NCBI RefSeq assembly: GCF_009914755.1
Contig: NC_060942.1
Source: the human T2T-CHM13v2.0 reference genome, Homo sapiens
Length of the DNA: 64,000 nt
Strand: one strand, 5' to 3'
Shown: in pieces, positions 30,083 through 43,025 of the stretch
Layout: every line of letters begins with the position of its first letter
Numbering within the stretch: the stretch's first letter is position 1
Notes under the pieces: generated by a model
Told to the model about the DNA's origin: nothing
The model's input: only the letters and a program-made list of their open reading frames with translations
The model's database searches: none
Position numbers and translations under genes: made by a program

Positions 30083-30116
<34 letters not shown>
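30083..30116. repeat. (TG)17 microsatellite
   Basis: Read directly. Confidence 0.96.
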
Positions 30117-30120
<4 letters not shown>

Positions 30121-30254
30121 GGGAGGAGATATTTAGATCAATGATGAGAGGTCCTGGGTATTATAATGCTACAGAAAGTTTCTTACAAACCTTAGCCAGT
30201 CACCTGTTTGAAAAGAAATGACTCCAAGCAAAAGGAACAAGTCTTATTAAATTA

Positions 30255-30460
30255 TTGTTAAGAATTAACTGTGTGCTAGGGAACTCTAAAAACTTTACAT
30301 ACATTAAACCATTCAATCATTGTAAGAATATGTTAACTTAGTGATATCACCTTATTCCTTTAGATGCAAGTAGTTTTAGAGAGGATTGATACTTGCCTAA
30401 GCTTACACAACGAGCAAGTAGCAAAGCAAAGACAGGAACTTGATTTGATTTAACTACTTC
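30255..30460 (-). mobile_element. MIR
   Basis: 'tgtgtgctagg...tttacatacattaa...ttagatg...gagagg...acttgcctaag...caagtagcaaagc'. Confidence 0.6.
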
Positions 30461-30481
30461 TTTAATGCTTCCAGCAATATA

Positions 30482-33252
30482 CAGTTGACCCTCGAACAAC
30501 ACTTTTGAATGGCACAAGTTCACTTACATGCTGTTTTTTCCAACAATTATATTGGAAATGTTTTTGAGATTGTGACAATTTGAAAAAACTCTTAAATAAG
30601 TTACATAGACTAGAAATATTTAAAAAATTAACAGAAAGTTAGATATGGCATGAATGCACAAAGTATTGTATGTATGTAGATTGTAGTCTATTTTATCTAC
30701 ATGTATGTAGAATGTAGTCTATTTTATCATTTACTACCATAAAATATACACAAATCTATGATAAAAAGTTAAAATTTGTCAAAACCGACACACTAACACT
30801 TACAGATTGTGAATGGCACTATTCACAGTTAAGAGAAATATAAACAAATGCAAGGATTCAGTATTAAATCATAATTGCATAAAATTAGCAGTAGTTCATA
30901 CTGTACCACTGTTATTTCGTAGTCACCTTCTATTGCTATTGCAGCGAGATTAACTGTTGTGAGTGTCCACTTAAAGAGTCCTGTGATGCTAATAATCTCC
31001 CTGTGAGCATTTCATCCCTCCAATAAATTGAATATGATGGTACAAAAATGAGCTCTTGTGGTTCTTGCATCATGTTCATCCTGTAGAGCGCAATATCCAA
31101 AACCTTGAATAACACCATGGGACCCATACGAAGTGCCGCTAGTGATGCTGGACGTGCTCTCAAAAAGCAGAGAAAAGTCACAACATTACAGAAAAATGTT
31201 GAGTTGCTTAATATGTATCATAGAGGTCTGTAGTTGCAGGTCCCAACAATTTCAACACAAATGAATACAGTTAAAGGTTGTTGCAAAAAATGAAAATAAA
31301 ATGTGTGAAGCTATCATTGCAACTATCCCAGCAGGAGCCAAATACCTTTCACGAAAAAGGTATTTTGTGAAATACCTTTTCATATGGTATTGAAAATGCA
31401 GATTTTATGTAGGTACAGGACTGCTATAAGAGAGGCATAACTATGGAGACTAATATGATTTTAGAAAAATCTAAGTTACTACGATAAAGCAAAAAAACAA
31501 AACAAACCAACCAAACAAACAAACACAAACAGGTGAAGTCTCTAAAGCTGTGGAATTTAATGCCAGAAAAGGATGGTTTGATAAATTTAGAAAGAAGTTT
31601 GGCTTTAAAAATATCAACATAATGGAAAAAGCAGCTTGTCCTAACCAAGAGGCAGCAGATGTGTTCCCCAAATATCATTAAGAAAATCACTGAAAAAAAG
31701 AAGGGTATCTGCCTGGACAGTTTTTGAAAACAGACAAAAATGCTCTATTCTGAAAAACAAAAAACCACTAAGGATATCTATTAGTAAGGAAGAGAAGTGC
31801 GTACCAGAATTTAAGGCAGGAATAGCAAAGCTAACTCTAGTGTTTTGTACAAATGCAGTTTGGTGATCAAGACTGCCCTTATATATGAAGGTGCTAATCC
31901 CCGAGCCTCAAGTTCTTCACCTGCTGCCAGTATTTTGGATGTACAACAAGACGGCCTGGAGAGGGAGAACCCTTTTTCTGGATTGGTTCCATTGATGGTT
32001 TGTCCCTGATGTCAGAGAAAACCTTGCCAGTGAGAGACTGCTTTTTAAAGTTCTTTTGATATTGGATAATTCCCCTGGCCAGCTAGAATGCCCCTATGAC
32101 CTCCTTCCACATCAAAGGTGTCAAAATGGTCTACTTGCCCCCAAACACATGTTTCTCACTAAGCCTCTAAATCAAGGAGTCATGAGGCCCTTTAAGACTC
32201 ATTAACCATGATATTCTATGGAAGGAATTATCAATGCTATGCAAGAGAACTCCAACAGAGAGAACATCATGAAAGTCTTGAAGGATTACATCATTGAAAA
32301 TGCCATCATTGTTATAGAAAAAGCCATGGAAGTCATCCGGCATGAAACAATAAATTCCTGATATAGAAAACTGTATCGAGATGTTGTGCATAACTTCACA
32401 GGATTTATGACACAGCCAATAAAGAAAATCATGAAAGGAATTGTGGATATGGCAAAAAAAAGAAGGATGAGGGTGAAGAGTTTCAAGGTATGAATCTTGG
32501 AGAATTCCAAGAGCTGATATACACCATACCAAAGGAATTAAGAGAAGACAACTTGATGGGGATTGCTTGAGTGCTTCTGAACCAACGCCAGATGGTAAGG
32601 AAGAAGACTTAGAATAAGTGGTGCCAGAAAACAAAGAGACATTAGACAGTCCAGCAAAAGGGCTCTGGTTAAGCAAGATTGATTTTGGCTTCTTTTATGA
32701 CATAAACTCTTCTATGAAAAGGGCACCCAAAGTAAAGCAAACTGTGGAACAGGGATTGGTACTATATATAAACATTTTAAGAGAAATGAAAAAGAAAAAC
32801 AGAAAGAAATTACAAAGTGTTTCTGTAAAGTTACACAAAGTAACTTACAAGTATACCCGACTCTCCTGCCTCCACTTCCATCCTCTACCTCTTACACCTC
32901 TGCCACCCCGCCTGAGACAGCAAGACCAACCCTTCCTCTTTCTCCCTCTCCTCAACCTACTCAAAGTAAAGATAACAAAGTAGACTTTTGTGATGAGCAA
33001 TTTTTACTTAATAAATAGTAAATATGTTTTCTCTTTCTCATAATTTTTAATAGTATTTTCTTTTCTCTAGCATACTTTATTATAAGAACACAGTATGTAA
33101 TACATATAAAATACAAAATATGTGTTAATCAACTGTTTACGTGCTCTGTAAGTCTTCTGATCAATAGCAGGCTGTTAGCAGCTAAGGCTTTGGAGTCAAG
33201 ATAGATGTACAGGGAGTTGGAAACCCTAATCCCCATGTTCAAGAGTCAACTG
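30482..33252 (+). mobile_element. Full-length Tigger2 (Tc1/mariner-pogo) DNA transposon
   Basis: Terminal inverted repeats CAGTTGACCCTCGAACA ... TGTTCAAGAGTCAACTG with TA on both sides (30480-81 and 33253-54). Length 2771 bp. Confidence 0.95.
31117..32820 (+). pseudogene. Disrupted Tigger2 transposase (CENP-B-like HTH plus DDE domain)
   Basis: ATG at 31117 reads MGPIRSAASDAGRALKKQRKV. Later motifs include 'F.A.KGWFDKFRKKFG' (~31556), FKVLLILDNSPG (~32044-32080) and LPPNT...LNQG. Multiple stops and frameshifts. End approximate. Confidence 0.85.
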
Positions 33253-34504
33253 TAATTTTAAAATCTCACTTTTCAATCAAACATGATGCTGAAGTCTGTT
33301 GCCCTTTTATTACTCTCCCAGTCTCATTGAAAATAGATGTGTTTCCTCATTTACCATTAACTTCACACTCATTTGTTCTAGGAAGAATTCATTTTTATTA
33401 CCAATTGCTTTGCTTTTACACAGACACCACTTTGCAGCTATATAGCCCTTTGGCAGGTACTTGTTCCCCTGTGGTCTTTGTACAAGTCTTGTTGTACGTT
33501 CACGTACTTTCTATTTTTGGATGTTTATTTTTCCGTAGGGCTCTTTGTGCTTTGTTGGGTCTGTTTGGAGATAATTGAAATCAGTAAGAAAAGCAGTGGC
33601 AGCAAAAAGTCTAATTCGCTCATAGATGGCTAGAAAAATTCCCTGGGAATTTATGATAATCTATATCTTTCTGCTTCTATTCAAATCAATTTGTAGAGTT
33701 TGAAAGAAACAAGCATTTTCAGGACAGTCTCTGACCAGTAGCAACTAAAGAAAAATAAAGCAGTGATTTAATTTTCATCAATGTTAAATTTTCTATGCTA
33801 AATTCAAATGTAAACTGAATAATATTTTTAGTATTGTTAATTATATCATCTTTTTTTCCAAGTGACTTTTGTGTTATAAAAATTGTTCTTTAGTTATATA
33901 AGATACATACAGAGTGTAAAGAATGGAAATTATTTTGGAGTAAACATTCCCTTGCCTAGTACATTATATCCCATAAATTTGAAGAAAAAAAGTTTTATGG
34001 GTTTCTATTGTTAAGCATTACAATAGATTTTATAGTATGGCTGAAAGAATTTTTGTAGTTCAGTAATAGCAGTGGAGTCAATCTCTTCATTTGAAACATA
34101 AGACATAACTCTGAAAGAGGCAGGAACATTATCAAAACACCCAGGATGTGAGGAGAATATCACAAAGTTACTTCTAGAGCCTGTTTGACTCTTAGGTTTA
34201 CATTTAAGTTTTCAGATTGCTCTAAGCTATTGCCAAGGAGTTTTAGATGAACACAAAGCCAGTAAAAGGAGCAAGATGTTGCTGTGAGGAATTCACCTTG
34301 AATGCTCTTAGAGAAGACATGAGTATTATTTCTGGGAGAGTGAAGGTAACAATCTAAAATCACTAACTTTGAAGGTGACTCACATTAAGCCTCCTGATTA
34401 GCAAAATATTTTAATAAATGAGAATCTTTTTATAAGACATTGTAGCGTAAACTCCTCCTGCAATTAGATAAAAGTAGTTCACTTTGCTCTATATGAGTTC
34501 ATAA

Positions 34505-34585
34505 TTAATTTGTTTATTTGTTCCACATATGCTAGGCACTGTTCTAGGATCTGGGATACAGTAATGAACAAGGCAGAGAACATAA
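34505..34585 (-). mobile_element. L2 3' end fragment
   Basis: 'tatgctaggcactgttctaggatctgggatacagtaatgaacaag'. Confidence 0.6.
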
Positions 34586-35553
34586 CTAATCATATAAAAT
34601 AAGTAATCATATAAAATTTACTTTCTGTCTACCTTACAGTTAAAGATTTACAAGCCATCTCTAAGAACTTTTAAAGAACAGAATAAGGTGCATTATTTTA
34701 TTCCTGAAGTCATATGGGAAAATCATGTATCTGTGGAAAACTAAAATGAATCACAAAACAATTAGATATTATTAAAAAGTCTTATTGTTTATTAGACATT
34801 AAAGAAAACATAGTATGTTTTGAGATGAGGGTTAAAATCAGCATTTACCAGAGAAGCCCTGCATAAGATATTGAAAAGTTCTGTTATTTTGAATTGTTAT
34901 TTAACTCCAAGAACAACTAGCACCATAAAACATGTTGTTAAGGGAGATGGCTATCTGTTAACACAAATGCTTTTAGTCTTACTGGCAACAGCCAAGAGAA
35001 ACTATGAAAAGATAAAAGTGATCATTTTTTTTTCTAATTTGAAATCACTACTTAGTTGAAAGTGGAGTGAATTTAAATCATTTTATTATCAATATTTTAT
35101 TAATCTTTCTCTTTGTGAAGAATGATGTGTGTCTTCCTCTGCACCCATATAAATACATAATTACAATTCTGGCAAAATAAGCATTTTGAAATAACCTTTT
35201 CTCAGCTGGTAGATGTATGTTGTTTCACTAAAAACATGAAACAGATATCTGCTGAGAATTTGAAGAATTTGGCATAGGGCTTTTTGATCCAATGTCAAGA
35301 AAACTTTATAATTATTTTCTCTATTTAAAAAATGACCAATATTGATGTTACAAGGTCAACATTATTTCTTGTCTTTGGCTCAACTAGAGTTCCTTTTAAG
35401 TTGAAACTTTAATTGAGCAATAAGATATACAACTTTGAGTCAGAAGTATGTTAAAATACCAAATGTTTCCAAAGAAAATTATTTTGTATTTTGTTCTTTT
35501 CATATTGACGATTCATTGTTAAACTTGTAAGTTTTACCTTTTGCCACTCCACC

Positions 35554-35830
35554 TTTTTTTTTTTTTTTTTTTAAGACAGTCTCATTCCATCACCCAGGCT
35601 GGAGTGCAGTGATGCAATCTCTGCTCACTGCAGCCTCCATCTTCTGGGTTCAAGCGATTCTAGTCTCCTGAGTAGCTGGAATTACAAGCGCACACAACCA
35701 CGCCCAGATAATTTTTGTATTTTTAGTAGAGATGGGGTTTCACCATGTTGGCCAGGCTGGTCTCGAACCCCCGACCTCAAGTGATCCTCCTGTCTCAGCC
35801 TCTCAAAGTGTTGGGATTATAGGGGTGAGC
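35554..35830 (-). mobile_element. AluSx-like, with a short 5' truncation and a small internal deletion
   Basis: Alu dimer. Probable TSD ccttttgcc(a/c)ct at 35537-35548 and 35831-35842. Confidence 0.95.
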
Positions 35831-36267
35831 CCTTTTGCCCCTTTCTTAACTGATGATGACTTTCTGACTTCTCATACATTTTGTCATAGATAATGTCTTT
35901 TGCACATAGTTCAGCCAATTTGACTACAACTTACATGAAAGAATAGTTCAGGTTTAAGCTATTGCCTTATAATTATTTAAGAATTGGTGCTCATAGAATT
36001 AATGCTTTTGCGTAGTTTTGCCCACCCACCTAAATCTCCCTACATGTACCTTATATTTAGGTGATATTTTTGACATACTCTGTATCTAAAAATATCAAAG
36101 ATATTTTTACAAGAAAGTAGAGTGGGAAGGAGTCTATGAGGAATATAATGTATTGACAGATTATTACTAAGTTAAATAAAGGCTCAAAAATTGCAAGCCT
36201 TGCTTTTTTAAAATTATCCTTTGTGACTTAAATAGATTTTGGTGAATTTTAAATTTTATTTGCCTAG

Positions 36268-36617
36268 TGTCAAAAGAAGAGGCAAAAAAACAGACTGCAA
36301 AGCAGTAAGACAAGGCATTTACTGGGGTCTTCGGAATTGCAATTTGGGAGACACAGTTTCATCAACAAGTCAAATTGTGTTCTGAAGACAGAGAGGGGAA
36401 GAGGAGGTTTTAAAAGGAAGCTAAGGGTGATTACAGAAGTTGTTTTGAAAGAATTATCATTGGTGGAGGCAACAGGCTTAGAACAGGAGTTCATAGTTCA
36501 TTGGTTGTTGCTATTCAGGAGTTGCAGTGCTGGCAAAATTCAGTTGTTTTCAAGTATGTTGTGATTGTGGCTGTTTGGCCAAGTTCAAAGGTTCAAGACA
36601 GGTTCCTGGGGTTTTTG

Positions 36618-36648
<31 letters not shown>

Positions 36649-36719
36649 TAAGGATGTAGGTCATGTTCATTTCAGAAATCTGAACCAGAGTGACACCATT
36701 TTGTATATGACATTTCACA
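36268..36719 (-). mobile_element. ERV1-class (MER4-group-like) solo LTR
   Basis: TG...CA termini. The minus strand starts 'tgtgaaatgtcatatacaaaatggtgtcact'. Flanks ctag/atag match 3 of 4. Subfamily uncertain. Confidence 0.7.
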
Positions 36720-36784
36720 ATAGTAGGCAAAGTGGCTCAGCAATTAGTGAAAGTTAGCCATGTAGCCATGGAACTATTGTGGTC

Positions 36785-37200
36785 CACTCATTCAGGAGTT
36801 ATTTAAACCATTAAGGCAATATACAATGTAGGCACTAAGAACACAAAGATAAATAAGATATAACCCTTAATTTCTAGGAGCACAGAGTTTAGCATGGAGT
36901 ACAAATAAATGATTGAAATAATATACAAAATTGCTACCAGTATATGAGTTATGTATGGATATGATAGTTTTCCCTATGCTTCAGATGGGGAACATGACAT
37001 ATGATTTTGACACTGAAGAAAAGTTTCAGTTCACTGTGAAGAGAGAAAAACGATGATCAACCCAGGCAATAGAAATAACATTTACAGAGGTACTGATGTG
37101 GAATAAAGAATCCTAAGTGCATGTTGAGTAATTGAACCTGATTTTGCAAATGTAGGATGGCTTTGTATGACATGCTAATTTATTTAAACTTTAAAAATAA
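36785..37200 (-). mobile_element. L2 relic containing the left arm of the inverted duplication
   Basis: 'cactcattca...tgtaggcactaagaacacaaagataaataagatataaccctt...aggagcacagagtttag' is a typical reversed L2 3' region. Confidence 0.6.
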
Positions 37201-38420
37201 AACGCCAACTTGATAGAATTAGAATATCTGGAGAAAAAGTTGGGACACTTAACAACAAAATGCAATGTAGACCGATACTTGCAAAATGTAAACTTGTAAA
37301 AAATTTCCCACTCAGTCTTCAGAATTCAAATACAAATGTATTTAAATGTTTAAAATAAGTGCTAACCATCATAGCCAAAATACTACACTTTAAGTATTTT
37401 TGTTACGTGATATTAAATACATAGATTTTTATGTGTTTTCCAACTTTGGTTTTTACTATCAGAGAAATAATATGGGGCAGTTTATTTATCAATTAGAACA
37501 AAACATATTGGGATTTTTTATGAATTTAAAAAATAGAGTAAAATTCCCTTCTCTCAAAGGAAAAAAATTACAAAAATAAGTAAAAGGAGCAGAGAATACC
37601 CTAACACTGCCCAAAATGTGAGAGACACAACTTACAACATAAACTTTGGAAAGTTCTGTGCATAGATAGATTTTATCGTGAACTCCTTGCTCTTCCACAT
37701 TTCCATGTGCACAACAAAAAAAGAAAAAGGGGAGAACTTGCAAACAGTTTAAGAGCATATATTATAAAGTTGCTAAAAATAACTAAATCATCCTATGAAA
37801 ATCAGAGAAAAATAATGAGTATCTAAGATGATGAAAAACAAACTAATCTTTTTTTTTGCTTTTTCTTCATAAAACATTTAATACTAGAAAAGAGTGAAAT
37901 GACTTCTGCAATATATCAAGGAAAAAATAGTCTTAAATGTGTAATAGATTAGATATATTTCACCAATATAGTCTTCTAAAAAGAAAATTCTTAACATTTT
38001 TCAGCTTAACATTATTTCAGCTACCCAAATAAGAACTCAAAATCAACACATCCGAAATGGTGAACCCATGGTATGAAATTGTGGCAGTGAGAATTGGATT
38101 TATTAAAATATAGAACAAAGGGGAAAAACATTTTGGTAATATTATTTAAATTACAAATATTACACATTTTAAAAGATGTTAAATATAATAATATTAAATG
38201 GCATATAATGTCTTAGTACTAGCTATTTCTAAACACACACTTAATATTCTGTATTCTACTTCAGTGCCTCTGTAAATGTTACTTCTGACGTCTGGGTGGG
38301 TCATCTTTCTTCCTTCTTCACAGTGAACTGAAACTTTTCTTCAATATTTAAATCACATGTCATGTTTCCCATCTGAAGCATAGAGAAAGCTGTTACACCC
38401 ACATGTACCTCATATATTAG
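36937..38420. repeat. Inverted repeat with ~194-bp arms (36937-37130 and 38227-38420) and a ~1.1-kb spacer
   Basis: Hand alignment is ungapped with about 39 mismatches in 194 bp. Perfect 29-bp core at 37014-37042 vs 38315-38343. Confidence 0.93.
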
Positions 38421-39330
38421 GAAGGAAATTATAGTAAAATGAAATGCAATAGTACTTTATTCTAAAAGTAGTACATAAAAAATAGAGGCTTGTTACGTTA
38501 ATTAAATTTGTAACAGTAATAGTACAGAAACTAAAATTATCTATATTATATTTTTCAAGATTCCAGGTTAACTAAAACAAACAAAATAACAAAGTATACA
38601 GGAAGATCTAGAAGGCAAGAAAAATCAGTATATATGGGAATTCCATTTTCAGTTAAGATCTAGAAAGGATCTCGGTCTCCTAAGAGACAATTTCTGAACC
38701 TACTGAAAAAATGCCAAATCAGCTGCAAAAATCATAGTACTCTTGTTGTTTTTGGTGGTGGTGGTGTAATTTGTTTGTTTATTTGTTTAGAAAGAGATGC
38801 TTACTTATCTCATGAGCAGAGAAGTCTCCTGATTGCAGTGGGTCCCTCTCACTATCACAGAAATCTTTTTCATCAACCTACTAATGTATTTGAATAATCG
38901 TTCATCATAAGAAACAAACAAATGAAAAACAGTATACAGCTGAAAATATAAGAAATTTAAATGAATAAAATTTCAGAAAGTGGCAAACCCTTCACAGGAG
39001 AGAAGAAAGAGACCCATGTTTTCTTTTCATTCCTAGAGGAGCCGCAGCAGAAGGGAAAGACGTTATATATGAAATAGCAAACAACATTCCAACTTTTAGC
39101 TTATGGCCAATATTTTCTTTTTATTTTGAAAAAAAAATGATCTGTACAAATAAAAGGCTTCAAGAATTCTACAAGTATCTTCTTTAAGAATTATTTTGAA
39201 GCAATTTTACTCCATACCCCAAAAGTTAATACAAGATGTACCACAGAACTAAAATTAAAAAGCCCAGTCATAAAGTCTACAGAGGAAAACACATAAGAAT
39301 ATCTTTGCAGCCTTGGAATAAGTATAAATT

Positions 39331-40164
39331 TGTGGGACAATGGTATGTATCAGAATACATGTACACATGTATTGGTTTTCATTCAGTTTCTGACTCATAC
39401 CTCCCATAGCCTTTGTTACAGTCCTTTGTTATAATGTTGGGTGTGTGAGGTCTCAGGGGTAGGTCTCAGGAAACAGAATCTCTCTGGACCTTCTCCTACC
39501 CTTCTTTCACCTGCCCCAAGGCAGGACTCTAATCTTCCCTGCCTTTTTAATTGTAGGTGTAAGACCTTCTCCAGAAAAGGTCCCAGTCTATACCCCTGGG
39601 AGAAGAAATGCTGATTTCACAAAGCTTCCATAAAAACTCAAGAGGAATGGGTTCCAGAGCTTCTGGAAGCCTGAAGATGTGGAAGACTCTGGAGGGTGGT
39701 GCACTCAGGAAGGGCATGGAAGTTTTGCACAGCTGTCTCCATGCCTCATCCTCCACATGTCTTTACATCTGTATCCTTTATAATATCCTTTACAATAAAC
39801 CAGTAAACATAAGAAAGTGTTTCCCTGAGTTCTGTGAGCCATTCCAGCAATTTAATTGGACCCAAAGTAGGGGATGTGGGAACCCAGATTTGAAGAATCT
39901 TGTTGGTGAGAAGTTCTGCAGGCCCAGACTTGAAACCGGTGTTCAGGGGCGGGGGTGGTGGAGGGAGGGGGAGTCTTTGGGATGAACAAACTCTACACTG
40001 AATACCTGGAGATAGTATCAGAATTTAATTGGAGAATACTCAGCTGGTGTCTACTGCTTGTTGGTGGGGAAAAATCCCCACACATTTGGTTGCAGAAGTC
40101 TTCTGGGTTGATTGCTGTGGTGTGAGAGCAGAGGAAAAACAGTTTTAAGAGTTTTTCCCAAAAC
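39331..40164 (+). mobile_element. MER21A-like solo LTR (ERVL class)
   Basis: 'ttggttttcattcagtttctgactcatacctcccatagcctttgttacag', AATAAA at ~39794 followed by 'gtgtttccctgagttctgtgagcc'. TG...CA ends. Confidence 0.8.
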
Positions 40165-40480
40165 AGACAAGATACAAAAAGTATTAACCATAAAATACAT
40201 AAATTTGTCTTCATCAGAATTAAAAAAATTGTTGATCAAAAGTAATCATGAAAATAAAAAGGCAAGATATTAGCTGGGGAAAAATATTTCTGTTATATGT
40301 ACCTGACAGTATACTTGCATCATTTTTTTTTAACAAGGATGTCCCATAAATCAATAAAATAAAGATAAACTACTCAGTATTCAATAGAACTACTTAAAAA
40401 TACATAAGAGACTGAACACAGAGGTAGCACAACAACAAAAAGCTAAGCAGCTAGTAAGCACATGAAAATGTGTTCCATGT

Positions 40481-40917
40481 TGCTATGGTTTGAATCTATA
40501 CCCCAAAAAGCATGTGTTGGGAACTTAAGGCCCAATGCAACAGTTGTTGGGAGGTGTGTCCCAACGGAACAGTGTTGAGAGGTGTGGCCCAATGCAACAG
40601 TGTTGGGAGGTGTGGCCCAGTGCAACAGTGTTGGGAGGTGTGGCCCAATGGAAGGTGTTTACCTCACGAGAGTTCCTCCCTCATGCATGGATAATGCCCA
40701 TTGTAAAAGGTCTTGAGGCTGAGAGTTCCAACTTTTGTTCTTGCCCTTTCTTTGCCTTTCTGCCATGGGACAACACAGCTGGAAGGTCTCTGCCAGATGC
40801 TGGCCCCTTGTACTTGGATTTCCCAACCTCCAGAAGTGTAAGCTAATACATTTCTGTTCATTAAAAATTACCCAACCTGAGGCACTCTGTTACAGCAGCA
40901 CAAAGCATACTAAGACA
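40481..40917 (+). mobile_element. MaLR solo LTR, MSTB-like
   Basis: Begins TGCTATGGTTTGAAT and ends 'gttacagcagcacaaagcatactaagaca'. Flanks catgt / cacgt are TSD-like. Confidence 0.88.
40529..40650. repeat. 28-bp minisatellite, ~4.3 copies
   Basis: The unit ggcccaatgcaacagtgttgggaggtgt is repeated head to tail. Confidence 0.93.
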
Positions 40918-41146
40918 CGTCATTGGTCTATCAAGAAGGAGCAAATTAAAAGCAAAATGAAACACCATCTTACACTCACTAGAATGACTCAAATAAAAAG
41001 ACTGACAGAACTAAATATTGGCATAAATATAGAACAACTGGAACTTTTCACACATTGCTGATAGAGTGTAAAATTATACAACTGCATTAGAGAAAAGTAT
41101 GGCAGTTACTTTAAAAATAAGATATACATCAAACTCTACTCTAAGG

Positions 41147-41469
41147 TAGGGGTCCCTAAGCCCCAAGGCATCAACTGGTACCAGTCTGTGGCCTGTTAGG
41201 AACTAGGCCTCACAGCAGGAGGTGAGCGAGCATTACCGCCTGAGGTCCACCTCCTATCAGATCAGAGGTGGTATTAGGTTCTCATAGGAGCAGGAACCCT
41301 ATTGTAAACTGCACCACACAAGGGATCTAAGTTGTGGGGTTTTTATGCAAATCTAATGATAAATGTAATGCACTTGAATCACCCTGAAACCATCACCCCC
41401 ACCCACCGTGCATGAAAAAACTGTCTTACATGAAACCATTCCCTGGTGCCAAAAAGGTTGGGACTGCTG
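41147..41469 (+). mobile_element. MER1B (hAT-Charlie MITE)
   Basis: Ends '(t)aggggtcc' and 'gtgccaaaaaggttgggactgctg'. 8-bp TSD ctctaagg / ctataagg (41139-46 and 41470-77). Confidence 0.92.
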
Positions 41470-41530
41470 CTATAAGGTATTTGCCCGAGAGGAAAGAAAA
41501 CACATGTCTATTTAAAAAAAAGAGTCCAGG

Positions 41531-41856
<326 letters not shown>

Positions 41857-41863
41857 TTATCCA

Positions 41864-42140
41864 TGTGTTAGCCTGCTACATCTGCCATAACAAAATACAC
41901 AGCCTGAGTGGCTTAAATAACAGGAATTTATCTTCCTCAAAGCTCTGGAGGCTGGAAGCCCAATATCAAGGTGCTGCTGGGTTTGATTTCCTCTGAGGTT
42001 TTTCTTCCTGGCTTGCCACGGCTGCCTTTCTGCCATGTCATCACATGATGTTTCCTTTGTGCACATGTGCACTTGCTGTGTGTCTAAACTTCTTTTTATA
42101 ATCACACCAAATTGAATTAGGGCCCACTCTAATCCCCACA
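41864..42140 (-). mobile_element. MLT1A/B-like MaLR LTR (partial)
   Basis: 'tgtgttagc...tgccataacaaaatacacagcctgagtggcttaaataacaggaattta...ctggaggctggaag'. Confidence 0.8.
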
Positions 42141-42388
42141 TACATGACAACACGGATGAATTTAAAAAAACACTATGCTAACTAAAAGGAATGCATATTG
42201 TATGCTTCCATTTTAATGACATAAGAGCAGATGAAACTAATCTTTGATGTTGGAAGTTAAAATGTGGTTGCTTCTGCAGTTTTGAAAACTGACTGGAAAG
42301 AGATGTCAAGAGAACTTTCTATATCTCTTTTTGGGTTGAGGTTACATGGATGTATAAAATTTTCAAAACTTATTAAAATGAAAAACTA

Positions 42389-42691
42389 GGCTGGGTGATG
42401 TGGCTCATGCCTGTAATCCCAGCCCTGTGGGAGGTAGAGGCAGGATGTTTGCTTGAGCCCAGGAGTTTGAGACCAGCCTGAGCAACATGGTGAAACCCCG
42501 CCTCTAGAAAAAATACAAAAATTAGCCAGGCCTGGTGCTGTGTGCCTGTGGTCTCATCTCCTTAGGAGGCTGAGGTGGGAAGATTACTTGGGCACAGGAG
42601 GTGAAGCCTATAGTTAGCTGAGATCATGCCATTGCACTCTAGCTGGGGTGACAAAGCAACATCCTGTCTCAAAGAAAAAACAAAAAGAAAA
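42389..42691 (+). mobile_element. AluJ
   Basis: J-type left arm 'gcttgagcccaggagtttgagaccagcctg'. A-rich tail. Confidence 0.93.
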
Positions 42692-43025
42692 GATAAATTA
42701 GGATTCTGTTGTTTCATTGTATATAAATTATACTCAATAAAATTTTTGACTAAAAGTCAAAAAGGCAGATTTTCAAATCAAATATTCCAATGATAATAGA
42801 AGTTAATACATTTAAAAGGTTTAGACTCAAGTATCTTAAAAATAAAGAACAGTTAGACAGTTTTAGAAAACCAAATATTTACATAATGGATATACATTTA
42901 AAAGAAATTGGCTCAGACTTGTCAAGTGAAAAAGCCAAACACTTAGCTAATGAAAACAAGAGAAAATGATGAAAATTAGAAAGTTTATTGTCGTTGTTGT
43001 TTCTTGTTATGTCATGCGGTTTTCT

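Noticed and set aside
32167-32676. 169-aa minus-strand ORF
   Set aside because: It is an antisense frame of the dead Tigger2 transposase and has no protein-like motifs.
40529-40650. 28-bp repeats as a CRISPR array
   Set aside because: The units are head to tail with no unique spacers, lie inside a MaLR LTR in mammalian DNA, and have no cas genes nearby.
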